A stretch of 64,000 nucleotides of DNA from NCBI RefSeq assembly GCF_006345805.1, contig NC_043008.1, forward strand, positions 29,078,001-29,142,000, in the 5' to 3' direction. Positions 1-12,064 of this stretch are shown piece after piece. How positions within the stretch are numbered: position 1 is the first letter of the stretch; each line of letters opens with the position of its first letter. The DNA comes from Octopus sinensis (Eukaryota). The notes below the pieces were generated by a model that saw only the letters and a list, made by a program, of their open reading frames with translations, made no database searches and was not told the DNA's origin. The translations under genes and the position numbers were made by a program.

Positions 1-192
1 ACCCCTTGGTTTATTGTTAAGGCTATCATATCATGAGTGTGAGCTTTGGAACTATCTATGATCAGTTCTGATGTCAAAACTTCCATTACCAAAGGCTCGC
101 TTGATATTCCATAGAGCATCTGCGGCAGAGTGACCCAGTTTGTACTCATACGAGAATATCGCTCAACATACTTTGGTTGTTATCATTTTCAT
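1..192 (-). mobile_element. mariner transposase N-terminal relic (runs off window edge)
   Basis: Minus-strand translation IFSYEYKLGHSAADALWNIKRAFGNGSFDIRTDHR*FQ...LNNKPRG matches the mariner HTH N-terminus (YEFKLGH.AAE..RNIN.AFG...SGRP); in-frame stops. Confidence 0.65.
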
Positions 193-976
193 AATTTCTG
201 TGGGTACAAAGTTTCTATACTGATATTGTTGGGAAACAAAAAGCGTCAAGATTAAATGCAAGGTATACATAATTGAGTTTTTAAATGACTGAAGTAACAA
301 GTAATTAAAAATGCGACATTTCTTTTGAAGCAGCTAAATATTATCAGCAATCCTCCCACAATTAATAAAATACATAAGAACAGAGAAAAGAAATTTATCT
401 TGCATAATCTCTCATTCAGTATACAAGTCTCCCCTCTACTAGCTAAATCGTTTTTCAAAATACTGCACAAAACTCTTCCTCCGCAACCACAAGGATTCAA
501 ACACAAGTGTTACAATCACAAAGTAAAACTGTAATACCAATAAACCTGAAAAAATTATAGCCAACTACAACCACCATAAATTGTCAAAAATCAAAAACCT
601 TAACCACATACACAATAACAATTCCAATCATAGAACACCTTCATCCTGCCCTGTAGAAGAAAACTGTCTCTCAACACATATCGAATATTGCCAAACGATA
701 GCCAAAATGGCACTACTTATTATATCTATATAAATGGGATCTACAGCAAATCAGTTCAAGACAACATATACCCGACATACGCCCACTTTTGCCAACGAAA
801 ACAGGAAAGAAAGAATCCCTATACAGGAATCAAATTGCTTATAGAAAAATGAACAGCAAAAGAGAAATGTATAAATATAATCATTATTCATTACTCAAAT
901 ACAGTTGTTAAAATCATAGCACGTGTCTTTCTATCCTAACAAAACCATAACATTCCTGACTAAGAACCCCAAACTA

Positions 977-1094
977 CCTTACGGCCATATCACATTGAAA
1001 GCACCGGTTCTTGTCCGATCCCCGAAGTTAAGCAACGTCGAACCTAGTTAGTACTTACATGGGTTACCGCTTGGGAAACCTAAGTGCTGTAAGC
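977..1094 (+). rRNA. 5S rRNA-derived copy (full length, probably non-functional)
   Basis: CCTTACGGCCATATCACATTGAAAGCACCGGTTCTTGTCCGATC...GAAGTTAAGCAACGTCG...TTAGTACTT...GTGCTGTAAGC is colinear with eukaryotic 5S. A-box present; C-box altered (TACATGGG vs TGGATGGG); single copy, not in an array. Confidence 0.9.
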
Positions 1095-1168
1095 GTCACA
1101 CAATTTTAAATGGCGGTGCCCCAGCATGACCACAGCTCATGAGCTGAAACTAGATGAAATAAAATAGA
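977..1168 (+). mobile_element. 5S-headed SINE-like element (SINE3 type)
   Basis: 5S head followed by GGCGGTGCCCCAGCATGACCACAG...CTGAAACTAGATGAAATAAAA, similar to the 3' tails of the tRNA SINEs at about 6305-6360 and 14070-14125. Confidence 0.65.
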
Positions 1169-1639
1169 TATCTTAAATAACAACACGTAAAGAAATAACC
1201 AGCCTAATTTACATCCTAACTACATTCCTTTAAGAGAAACTGTTGACAGATTCAATTACAAAAGGCTTAAATACCGGACGTTTTAAATTTGACCATTACA
1301 TTGTCAAATCAAAAACGATTAAATCCAATAATGTGAAAATCAAAAGAAATATTGTCACACATTTTGAACACGTAACAAAAGAGAAACAACTACATGCTTG
1401 TTTACAAATTTCTACATGCACAAATAACCTCTGATGGATAACATTATCCCAAATTTAATCAGTCAATATTTTTCCCCAAAAGCGTTCTCATAACAACCAA
1501 ACATAAAAATCTAATTACCACGTCACTCAAACTCAGACACCCAATGATGATTTTAACCTCAGACTATATAAAGGCAAAGCTAACGCCGATGCTTCGTAGT
1601 CCGATAATGGTTTAACACGTCGAAACATTCTTGTTTAGA

Positions 1640-1793
1640 AAAAATGTATATATGTTCATATATATATATATATATATACTCATAAATCGATACATATATA
1701 GACGTACACACAAACGCTCTCTCTCTCACAGATGCACACACACACACATGTATATATATATATGTATATATATATACATACGTACATGCATAC

Positions 1794-1835
<42 letters not shown>

Positions 1836-2285
1836 CCTCACACATACACATGCCTGCGATTACGAAAGCATCTACATATGTGTTCATACGTATGTCCCTG
1901 TATATACCTACTACATATACCTAATGATTCCAGTGACATTATACCACTAGTAACAATGTAATTCGTTTGAACTTACATATTGAACATTGTAGCTTGATAA
2001 ACATCCTAGATTTCATTTCTGATAACATTGTTCTCGTTGATTAGCACAAATTAGTATATCAAAGAAACATTACAAAGGGAGGAGCTGCTAGTTGTGTTTC
2101 CTTGCCAATGATATTAATCGAGCATATGAATTGAAGTTGTTTAAGGAAAAAAGAAACAATGCGACAACTGACGAAAGCAGACAAAACCCCGCCACAAATC
2201 AAGTGTGTTTGCGTATGCTTAATTTATACAAGAGCACATACATACGCACAAATATACGTCTATATATGTGTGTCTGTTTGTATGA

Positions 2286-2348
<63 letters not shown>

Positions 2349-2444
2349 TATGTATGTATGTATGTATGCGCGTACATACATTAGCGTCTGTAAATTTACG
2401 TATGTAGAAAAATATTTGTATATATCTATCTATCTATCTATCTC

Positions 2445-2499
<55 letters not shown>

Positions 2500-2525
2500 G
2501 TCTGTGTGCGTGCGTGTTTATATGT
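1640..2525. repeat. microsatellite blocks (TA)n, (CA/TG)n, (TATG)n, (TATC)n
   Basis: Direct reading; representative of many such blocks across the window. Confidence 0.95.
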
Positions 2526-2669
2526 GTGTACATATATGCTATACAACTAAATATAACTTTCGTACAGATTCCTGTGCTGTTGATATAATCATTGTGCGCA
2601 ATTTTAGAGTTCAATAACTGTTGCTAACTTCCCTAATAATTTCAAAAGGTTTTTGTTTTTTAGCCAAGG

Positions 2670-3180
2670 CTACCACCTTATTTTATCCAAACCGGGAGGA
2701 TGAAAGACAATTTTGATCCTCACCCCGATATATAAAGTTAGGATTCTTGGAGTAGAAAAATGTGGAGATAGATAATATGTCATGCGCTCTAAATTCTTCC
2801 AAGCTGCCACCCGTTCAATTTTTCAATAAGGGAGATTACTTGAAAAATACCACAATGTGTATCAGGTCACTACCAATTCGAAGCAACATGACATGTCATC
2901 AGTTACCCCGCAATGTGCAACCAAAAAGTACTACATCGATCCACATAACAAATGGAGGAAATATTAAATATTCGGCTGGTTTAACTGAGCCATTTTCTTT
3001 CTACAGCTACCCTACCTCTTCATTTCTTGTCCTTCAACTGATCGCCTGCATCATCTTTTCTTAATCCCGTCATAGCCTACCTCTCCGCATCCCATCACTG
3101 AGAAAGTGCAGATAGACGAAATTCCTCAAAATATTTTGCACGGTGTACTAAAGATTCTGCCAGGTCACCTCCTTGATAAA
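2670..3180 (-). mobile_element. octopus-type tRNA-derived SINE split by an unidentified insertion of about 350 bp
   Basis: Head AAGGAGGTGACCTGGCAGAATCTTTAG at 3110-3180 and body TTGTCTTTCATCCTCCCGG at 2670-2750 match the intact copy at 37936-38147. Confidence 0.5.
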
Positions 3181-4458
3181 TCTAACATTAATTGCTGTTA
3201 TTATAATCGTTGCTTAAATTGACACCAAGTTATATCAAACAGCGCTATGACTGCATTCTTTCATGGAATGACCAAGTCATTATATATGTGCATCGATAAA
3301 TATAGTATCGTATGTTTTGATCCTGATTTTACACAAGACAATAAGACACGCATAACATAAATTTAGATATATTTCTAGGAATGTACATTAACTCCATTTC
3401 TCATTAGTTGATCATTATATTGACGTTTGGAGACTTTGTGTCGTTTTTCAGTCATAAGAACCAAATTGTGTACCCTATGACATGATGACTAAGACGAATG
3501 CGAAACTAACAATGACTAAGTTTACTACTAAAATTATTGATTATTCTTCAGTGCTTCTATTAATATTGCCTTTCTCTATTTCTGTTATGCTAGGTTCCAG
3601 CCTCTGGACACTCATTCATAAGCATGCACACATATACATGCAAAAAGAAATTCATATATACATGCATACGTTTATGTGTATATACGTACATGTGTGTATG
3701 AATGTATGTATAAATGTCTTTATGCATATATCTACGTATGTACCTATCTATATAGGTATGTATATATGTAGATATATATGTGATTGTTATGTACAAGTTT
3801 ATAGGAAGAACGATTTCTGCTTCCATTCCCATGCAAACAGATACAGCTTAGCTTTTCTTCCTTCAATATATCATATGGAATGTGCCACGTATAAATCCTT
3901 CTACCGTCCCATTGGTGTCGATATACTAATTATCCACGCATCACTTCTTATCTGTATTTCGCACATTCCTACTCTCCTTTGATTTTTGTATAACCTTTCA
4001 ATAATAAACATACTGAGAGAAATCTACGCTATGTGTGTGTGTGTGTGTGTGTGTGTTAGACATAGTCACATAGGCGTAATATGTATGCGTCAGCCACTAT
4101 GCATGTTTGTCTGGCTGTCTGTCTGTGTAACAGTCTATATATGCTTGCTGAGAGTGTCTGCATGTGTACCTATGTTTTCCATTGGTGGATACTTTCATAT
4201 CTATCTTCCTGGGCTTTAAGTTATCTTCTTCATATATGCGTACATGTTCAATAATTATATGCATATATATATATGTATACTTATTCATGTATATGTGTGT
4301 ATAAATATATATATATATAATAAGAGTAAATAATAGTTTTAATAGTTTTTAAAAAACAACAACGATTATTTACGGGTTGATTTTCATGTAAATATAACCA
4401 TTAACAGTAGGCAATTTTATAAAAAAAAGTTCAGTATATAATTTTGTATATAAATAAA

Positions 4459-5103
4459 AGGGGCAAGCAACATGTTGCTTATCCATATACCGAAAAATTA
4501 GAAATAGCAGTCAAAGACTGTTTATTTCTATTTTCTACAAATGAGACTTCACATACGACATATCGCTGCAATTCACATATGCAAAATGGAAGGAAGAGAT
4601 AACGAAAGCAAAGTCTAAGGATTATTTACGAACGCGTTTCTGGATTAGAAATGAATCTTCATATCCTTCATCAACGTAACTCTCCACTTAGATGGATTTC
4701 ACAAATGTTATACATAGCTCTACCTCCCGAGCTAGCGTCGTCGGAATAGTGGAAGATAGTTAGCATAGGCCAAATCTATATAGACGATTGAATTCGCATT
4801 TTCTCTCCAAAATTTTACCATGCCTATTACAAAAGTTATTCCTTAGAGATAGAACTATGGATTGCCATTAGAGAGTGAACATTTCATTATGAGTAATATA
4901 ATAAGAGTAAATAGTAGTTTTAATAGTTTAAGATAAAACCAACAATTATTTACGGGTAGATTTCGGCATGTAAATATAACCATTAACGGTAGGAACTTTT
5001 ATAAAAAATGTTCAATATATAGTTTTGTAGAACATAGAAATAAACAGTCTTTGACTGCTATTTCTAATTTTTCGGTATGTGGCTAAGCAACCTGTTGCTT
5101 ACC

Positions 5104-5106
<3 letters not shown>
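4459..5106. mobile_element. non-coding element with 83-bp inverted ends, preceded by a direct copy of its subterminal part
   Basis: 4459-4541 is the reverse complement of 5024-5106 (AGGGG(C/T)AAGCAAC...ATTAGAAATAGCAGTCAAAGACTG); 4316-4449 is a diverged direct copy of 4897-5029. Confidence 0.85.
4626..4679 (-). ncRNA. type I hammerhead-ribozyme-like motif (variant core)
   Basis: Stem I TTACG/CGTAA; core TTGATGA (C3U); stem II GGAT/ATCC closed by an A.A mismatch; GAAA; palindromic stem III ACGCGT; GUU triplet. Confidence 0.6.
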
Positions 5107-5153
<47 letters not shown>

Positions 5154-5347
5154 ATATATATATATATATATATACATGTGTATATTTAAAGGGCTAAAAA
5201 ACCACTATGTGGTCAGCCATGTGCTAGAAGTAGATCACCTACGATCAAACTACAAAAAAAAGAATGTTCTCTAGAGAAACATTCAGCGGTAACCAGAACA
5301 ATATGCGGGCAAGACAGAAGAAAATTATATAGAAAACAAGAATTAAA

Positions 5348-5421
5348 CGCAGACCGGCGGTTTCGCCTATTCAGGAATGAATCACTTACGTAATCCATCG
5401 TCCGTAGGGCTCGTCGGTGCG
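5348..5421 (-). ncRNA. type I hammerhead-ribozyme-like motif, near complete
   Basis: Stem I CGCA/TGCG; core CCGACGA (U4C); stem II GCC(C)TA/TAGGC; GAAA; stem III ACC-GCC-GGT; GUC triplet. Confidence 0.7.
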
Positions 5422-5712
5422 ATCGTTTCACAAGTAATATAATTTGTAAAACTAACCACCAGTTTTCCGTATAAAAACAGACACGTGCTTAGTTTCACCG
5501 ATTACATTGGGGTTAATTTTAAATGTCTGAGTTCTGGCGTGCTAAAATTCCGGAAACAAAATCTGCAGTAAATAATTTACTGCAGTTAATGCTGCCTATT
5601 AGAGAACATATGTATTTTAACATTTAAGTAAAGAGGGAGATAAATTGAATATTAATTTAATATCAATTTAAAACCAGTAGCCTAGCATGCAAAAATCTGA
5701 AAAATCAGGGAA

Positions 5713-5745
<33 letters not shown>

Positions 5746-5880
5746 ATACATAGAAATACAATAATATAGACATATAAATACATATATATACATGCATATA
5801 TATATATGCATACACATACATGCATGCATACATACATACATACATACATACATACATACGTACATACATACATACATAGA

Positions 5881-6096
5881 GGTGCAAAAGTGGCTGTGCG
5901 GTAAGAAGCTTGCTTCCCAACCACATAGTTCTGAGTTCAGGTCCAATGCGTGAAACCTTGGGCATGTGTCTTTTACTACAGCCCCCGGCTGACCTAAGCC
6001 TTGCGAGTGGGTTTCGGAGACAGAATCTGAAAATAATCCCGTCATACATATATATTTGTCTGACACACACGCATATACACACACACATATATATAC

Positions 6097-6127
<31 letters not shown>

Positions 6128-6361
6128 TGTATGTATGTATGCATGTATGTATATGTTTGTCTGTATCTATTTGTACCCCAACCATTGTTTGATAACCGAA
6201 GTTTGTATGTTTACGTCCCTGTTATCTAGCAGGTCGACAAATTGACCGATAGAGTAAGTACTAGGCGTGCAAATAATATACACTGCGCTCCGTTTTTTCG
6301 AATAAAGGCGATGCTCCAGCATGCCTACAATCAAATGACTGAAACGAAGAAAAGAAAAATG
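5881..6361 (+). mobile_element. octopus-type tRNA-derived SINE with internal microsatellite
   Basis: tRNA-like head GTGGCTGTGCGGTAAG...GAGTTCAGGTCC, internal (TATG)n, tail GCTCCAGCATG...CAAATGACTGAAAC; family recognised from memory. Confidence 0.8.
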
Positions 6362-6461
6362 ATAAAAAATATACATACACATACATATTTATATACATAG
6401 AAGCATACATACACACAGGTATATGTATACATATGTATATTTATATATATGTATACATATG

Positions 6462-6510
<49 letters not shown>

Positions 6511-6518
<8 letters not shown>

Positions 6519-7458
6519 CAACAATTGAGGGCAAAATTAATTATTAATCAATTTCACCAAGTGTTCAGTATGCAAAGGGACCATTCAAGGCGAATTCAAA
6601 TTATTACATTATATAAAAGGGCTTAGTAAAATAAGGGTATGTTCTTATTTTCAGTGTTCCAAATCCAAACCAAGGAATTTCGAGCCGATGATAGAAATGT
6701 TGTTTTGACTAATCTTGAAACGTACGTTCTCGAATAACCTTAGCATTTGATTTTTCGATGTCATTACCCCCAAACTTTTGTGAGTTAATTATGCAAACAC
6801 TATATATGAGAGAGATTTTCTTTAAGTATTAGAAATAGCCTTAAAAAAGTTTTTTAGCTGCTATTTCTAATGAGTTCAGTATGCGGCAAAGTAATTTATT
6901 TTACTAAGCCCTTTTATATAATGTAATAATTTGAATTCGCCTTGAATGGTCCCTTTGCATACTGAACACTTGGTGAAATTGATTAATAATTAATTAATTT
7001 TGCCCTCAATTGTTGAAATTATAATTAATCTCCCTCTGATTAATGCTTTGGACTTTACCGAAATAAGCATAGAGTTTGATGATTTTAACCCACGCTGGTG
7101 GAAAGGGGAGAACAGAGATTCTTCGCTTGCTTATTTGAATTTGTTGACACTGTTAGTTGGGAGCAGATCTTCGAGAGGGTATGTTCTTATTTTCAGTGTT
7201 TCCAAATCCAAACCAAGGAATTTCCGAGCCGATGATAGAAATGTTGTTTTGACTAATCTTGAAACGTACGTTCTCGAATAACCTTAGCATTTGATTTTTC
7301 GATGTCATTACCCCCAAACTTTTGTGAGTTAAATTATGCAAACACTATATATGAGAGAGATTTTCTTTAAGTATTAGAAATAGCCTTAAAAAAGTTTTTT
7401 AGCTGCTATTCTAATGAGTTCAGTATGCGGCAAAGTAATTTATTTTACTAAGCCCTTT

Positions 7459-7466
<8 letters not shown>
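6511..7466. mobile_element. non-coding element with inverted plus partial-tandem architecture, (TA)n on both sides
   Basis: 6511-6634 is the reverse complement of 6896-7023 (one 4-bp indel); 6635-6922 is repeated almost exactly at 7177-7466. Confidence 0.9.
6679..6734 (+). ncRNA. hammerhead-like motif (second copy 7224-7278)
   Basis: Stem I TTCGAG/CTCGAA; core CCGATGA (U4C); stem II AGA/TCT closed by U.U; GAAA; palindromic stem III ACGTACGT; GUU triplet. Confidence 0.55.
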
Positions 7467-7493
<27 letters not shown>

Positions 7494-7497
<4 letters not shown>

Positions 7498-8653
7498 GGG
7501 TCGTAAAGATCTCCCACATTTTGAATAATGAAAGAATATAACCAATACAATCAACAAGGAAAAAATCTGATTATATTTCTAAAATGGACATAAAAATAGC
7601 TTGTTTTTTTTTATTTTGAAAAGTAGTTCAGCAAATGGTGATTTTTGATGGCAATACATTAATGGACTCGTTCCCCAGGACCATTAGTATTCCAGAAAGT
7701 ATAGCAGCAGTAAGACCATCATATACATATGAGCCGTTCGTCTCATATATACAGTGTACCACCAAGGATACCAAATTGTAGGTTGAGGAGCATTTTGCGT
7801 TTCGATTTGAAACTGTTACCTTTCAAAATAATGTTGGTTCAAGAATTCAACTGAGACAGATCATAAGAACTGCCGAGCCGTATATGTAAATATCTTTGCA
7901 CAAGTTCCCACTATAGCTGTTCTTCTGAGTACCGATGAGGATCTTTTTCATATCAATGGAGTTGTAAAACAAGCAGAAGTTTCTCTACCACGCTGAAAAG
8001 AATCGTCATGAAACCCTCCAACGACCATTTTAGTCTCCTCGCATAATAGTTTGAAGTTGCCGACTTTGTTGTGATTGGCCTGCACTTTATTCAAGTAGGT
8101 GGTGCAACAGTAACTGTTACCTTAGCCTGGTAGGTTGAAATGCTGGAGGCCTTTTTGAGCCCCAAACTGGACGATTTCGATACGGAACATGTTCGGATTC
8201 AACAGAATGGGACCACCGGTCACACAGCGTCATGTTCACTCGGAGTGCCGAAGGAAATATTTCCCGGGCGTTTGATCTCTTGGAGGGAAGACGTTGGGTT
8301 GCTGGCAAGGACACTAGATATAATCCTTTGTGAAATTTTCCATTGGTGATACCGAAAGGAAAAGATTTTCCAACAGCGCCCTTGAATGTTTGAGGATTTA
8401 AAGGAAAAACATCAGGGATGATATCAACACAATTCTACTTGAGATGACACGGAGAGTCAGGGAAAACGTTCAGCAACGACTCTATCAATGTATTGCCAAC
8501 GACAGCCGCTATTTGTTTGATATATTTTTTGAAATACATTAATTCAAAAATATTTTTATATGCATTTTACAAATATAATCAGTTTTTTCCTAGATAATTG
8601 TGCTCTTTTTTAATATCCATTCAAAATGTTGGCGATCTCTATTCCCCGCCCCG
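7494..8653 (+). mobile_element. decayed DD41D-type Tc1/mariner element
   Basis: Degenerate TIRs (GGGTGGGTCGTAAAGATCTCCCACATTTTGAAT vs reverse complement of right end), TA flanks. ORF 8140-8349 QQNGTTGH...FPGRLISW...LDIILCE keeps the 41-residue spacing of the 18.9 kb element. Confidence 0.75.
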
Positions 8654-9868
8654 TACATACATATATAAGTGATACTTAAAAGTAATCTTATATCCCGAGT
8701 AATGGGATCGATTCGACGAGAAACATATAGTAAATATGCTTATTCATATAAAATAGAGTTGCCCTCCTCAGTAATTCCCTAATTTCGAACAAATTTTGAT
8801 TCCTTGGGTAAAAGTATAAGGTTTAGAACAAGAGAAGAATGTTTGGCGTCCCTTTCCTGCATGTCACCATTTCTGAAAATTTTTCAAATCACCATTTACG
8901 AAAGTAATTGGAAACCCAGTGGTGATAGTTACGCATTGTGATGTAGGATTTCCCAGTCTATTGAATTTATTTGTTCTTGGGTGATCATCACGGAATGCGG
9001 ACTCTGTTCTCTTGGGAGGTTTGCGATACCCACTTCTTTTCTCTGTACTCTTTCCTAATTTGTTCGTGATAATCTTATATATTGAACTAGGTGTTATTAA
9101 ACCTCAGGTGAATTTTCCGATACTTCAATTATTGTATTCATTATTAAGAACTGTTGAATTGCCTGATCGATAACAATCAGATTGAAATTGTATTCCAATT
9201 TGTTTGTACACCAGTGGCATATTCTAACACACAGACACCGTCAGTATATATATCGTACTTATGTTTCTCTTCTGAAACGTTGCATTGTGGCACTTAGAAA
9301 ATTCATAAATCCCCCAACACCGAATATACAGCCAACTTTTCTGTAAATTCACACACATTGTGAAGTTTTACATACACACCCAATGTGCGTTTTCAAATGA
9401 AATTGTTTTCGTCACATATTTCCTGATTGGTTGAATGCAACGGACTCCTTAATTGGCAAGTTGACAATTCGTGTAATAACGTTAGACTTTTCAATACATA
9501 GTTTTCTATTCCATATCTGGTGTCTCTGAAGAGCAGAGGTTACATAATTGGGCTGTTATCTAACACTCCGTTGAACACTTAGTAAATACAAAACGAACTG
9601 GTCAGAAGGCTATCATGGATATATGATACTGAACACTTCAATTAATATATATACATACACCATTCAAACAAGCACACATCAACTGCTAAACAAAAGCGTT
9701 TGCACACGCACACACTCACGCACACGCACGCGCAAACACATGCACACACTCGCTATGTCAGAAATGCATGTGTGTGTGTGTTTGTGCGTGTGTGTGTATG
9801 TGTGTTTTTGTGTGTGTATGTATGTGTGTGTGCTTTTGTGTATGTGTGTGTGCTTTTGTGTGTGTGTA

Positions 9869-11062
9869 TTGGGTCATCCCACAATTAATGCTGTTTTTTA
9901 TACTTGTATTTTTCAAAATTAAGATAAACAAATCTAGAAATACTCTTCTTCATATATTAAAATGCTCTTCCATCTGTCTAGTAGACTTGAAAGGTTCCTC
10001 TTTCGAAATTCACTTGTCCGTGACGAAAAATACTCTCCAGTACAGATCTGACTTCGTTTACAGAATTCCTAAATTTCCGTTCAAATGATTTTGAAAACTG
10101 CAGAATAAATTATAATTCGATGGGGCAATATCCGTCGAATATGGAGGGTGCAGCATCGTTTCCCATTTAAACTGCTCCACCCTTTGGAATGTCACCCTCG
10201 CTGTATCCGGCCGAGCATTATCCTAATAAAGAACACCTTTCGTCTTGAAACCAAAAAATAGTCGTTTCTTTTTTCTAGCGCTGACTTAAGCCGCTCAAGC
10301 TCCTCATAGTAGAACTCCTTTCATATCGTTTGGTTTCGGATTAAGACTTTATATCCCTCAAAACAGATAACAACACCTTACATGAGTGAAGACCTTCCTT
10401 AGCCGGTGATGCCGGTGTTTTTCCTTTCCCGACCTACTGTCTTCGCCGCTTGACATTTTTATAGAGAAGCCACTTCGTGTCACAAGTCACTCTTAGGTCC
10501 AAAAATTTTCATTCGCAAGACGTAACGGCAAAGAAGAGCACACATTCACTCTCTGCTTGCCATTAGATTCCAAAATTTTGTGAAGAACACACTGACCCGA
10601 TTTGCTGCATTTTCCGGTGGCACTTAGGTGTCGATGACCACATCCAAGCTTCTCTGATAGTTTCTCAACAGATATGAAGTGATTTTGTTCCAACAGTGTT
10701 TGCAGACTTTTTCGTCGAGGTCTACAGATCTTCCAGGACGAGGCTCGTCTACGCCCCGGAATTTATGGAATCACCGTTGACACTGGCTTATGCATATTGT
10801 CCGACCCCATATACTGCATTGTTGACTTTATTGAATTCTAAAGAATAATATGCCAAATATGCTCATTTGTCACTTCCAATATAACTTTTAAAAAATACCT
10901 GTTAAAATCGAAATGCACTTTTGAATATTTGCACTAAGAATAAGTACTATGTAAACTTACTTCCTGTTTTTGTAGCAAGCCGATGCAGGTAGTTTATCCC
11001 ATCCCCCTCCGACTTTTAGTTCATGCAAATGAAAAAACCGCATTATTTATGGGCTGACCCAA
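9869..11062 (-). mobile_element. full-length decayed mariner (DD34D type)
   Basis: About 30-bp TIRs TTGGGTCA(T/G)CCCA(C/T)AA.TAATGC.GTTTTT with TA flanks; minus-strand remnants TCDTKWLLYKN, DNARPDTA, HPPYSTDIAPSNYNLF. Confidence 0.9.
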
Positions 11063-12064
11063 TATATATATGTATATATATGTGTGTGTGTGTGCGTGTG
11101 TGTGTATGTTGTTTGTGCGCTTGTTTGGGTGTGTATATAAGCATATGTATACTCTTGTATATGCGCATATTCTCATGCCCTTCTCCATATTACTTAGTTT
11201 CTACTTATGATCTATCTAACATTCTTTCTGTTCTTTGTACATCACCGAAACAATTTATTCCTTTTACACTACATCCTGCCTAGAAAATTCAAAATTACTA
11301 ATCAGAAATCTAATCACTCGTAATATGTAAATTTTTCTTTGAAAACTTTCAAACCAATCCTCTTCTAAAGCTAAATTGGTTTTATCATGCACCATTAAAA
11401 CACATGGGAATGTAGGCTCTGATACTAGAATAGTTAAAGAAAATGAAAAATGATGTCTAGATGAGATTAGGTTTTTATGAGCAACTCTTATTTCCCTGGT
11501 CATCTATAAAAGTGATGCAATCAGAGATATTTCAATATAAAAAGCTCTGTTAAATTCATTTAATGAATATCTACATATTCCCCAATGTGACAGATTTAAC
11601 AATAGGTGCAACTATTTGATATCAGAACCCTTTATAGCACTATTCAAATTAGTTGATAGATCTGTTTTCCTACTCAAATATTCAATAACATTCCTACATT
11701 ATTTTTCATCGATGAACTCGTAGTTGTCAATAGCACTACACTCCCAAAATGACTCAAATCTAATCCATCATTGTGTTTTGGTAATTATTTTTGTTCAAGG
11801 TATCTTTATTGATTTTTTTGTATGGAGTTTATTTTGTTTCATTTTCTTTTATCCATTTATCTTTCAAAAGTTTTTCATTTTTTTTTCAATGAAATATTTG
11901 TTATGTTTTCTGTAAACATATAATAATTATTTTTCTTTAACTTTACTCAAATCAACACACAATTACAGCAATTTTATTATCGTATTTATATAATTTTAGT
12001 ACACTACGTTTTCTATGTATAGTTTATTTAAAGACTGTTTTCAGTGAACGATGAAAAGTAGAAC

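Larger units (their letters stand above)
325..1630 (+). mobile_element. decayed Penelope-like element: RT C-terminus, GIY-YIG region, pLTR with hammerhead remnant
   Basis: ORF 325-534 (KFILHNLSFSIQVSPLLAKSFFKILHKTLPP...KVKL) resembles the PLE IIWFNPPFS..V.TNI.K.F motif. 640-860 reads CPVEENCLS...GSTANQFKTTYTRH (GIY-YIG). Decayed core CCGATAA...GAAAC at 1601-1626, followed by (TA)n. Confidence 0.65.

Noticed and set aside
977-1094. Functional 5S rRNA gene
   Set aside because: C-box altered, 5' base breaks the terminal stem, single dispersed copy fused to a SINE-type tail inside a PLE relic
8660-9600. Possible transposon or RNase H-like remnant (IYTDG-like on the minus strand)
   Set aside because: One short motif only; no consistent frame or termini
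11264-11503. Possible hAT dimerisation-domain fragment
   Set aside because: Similarity too weak to support by eye
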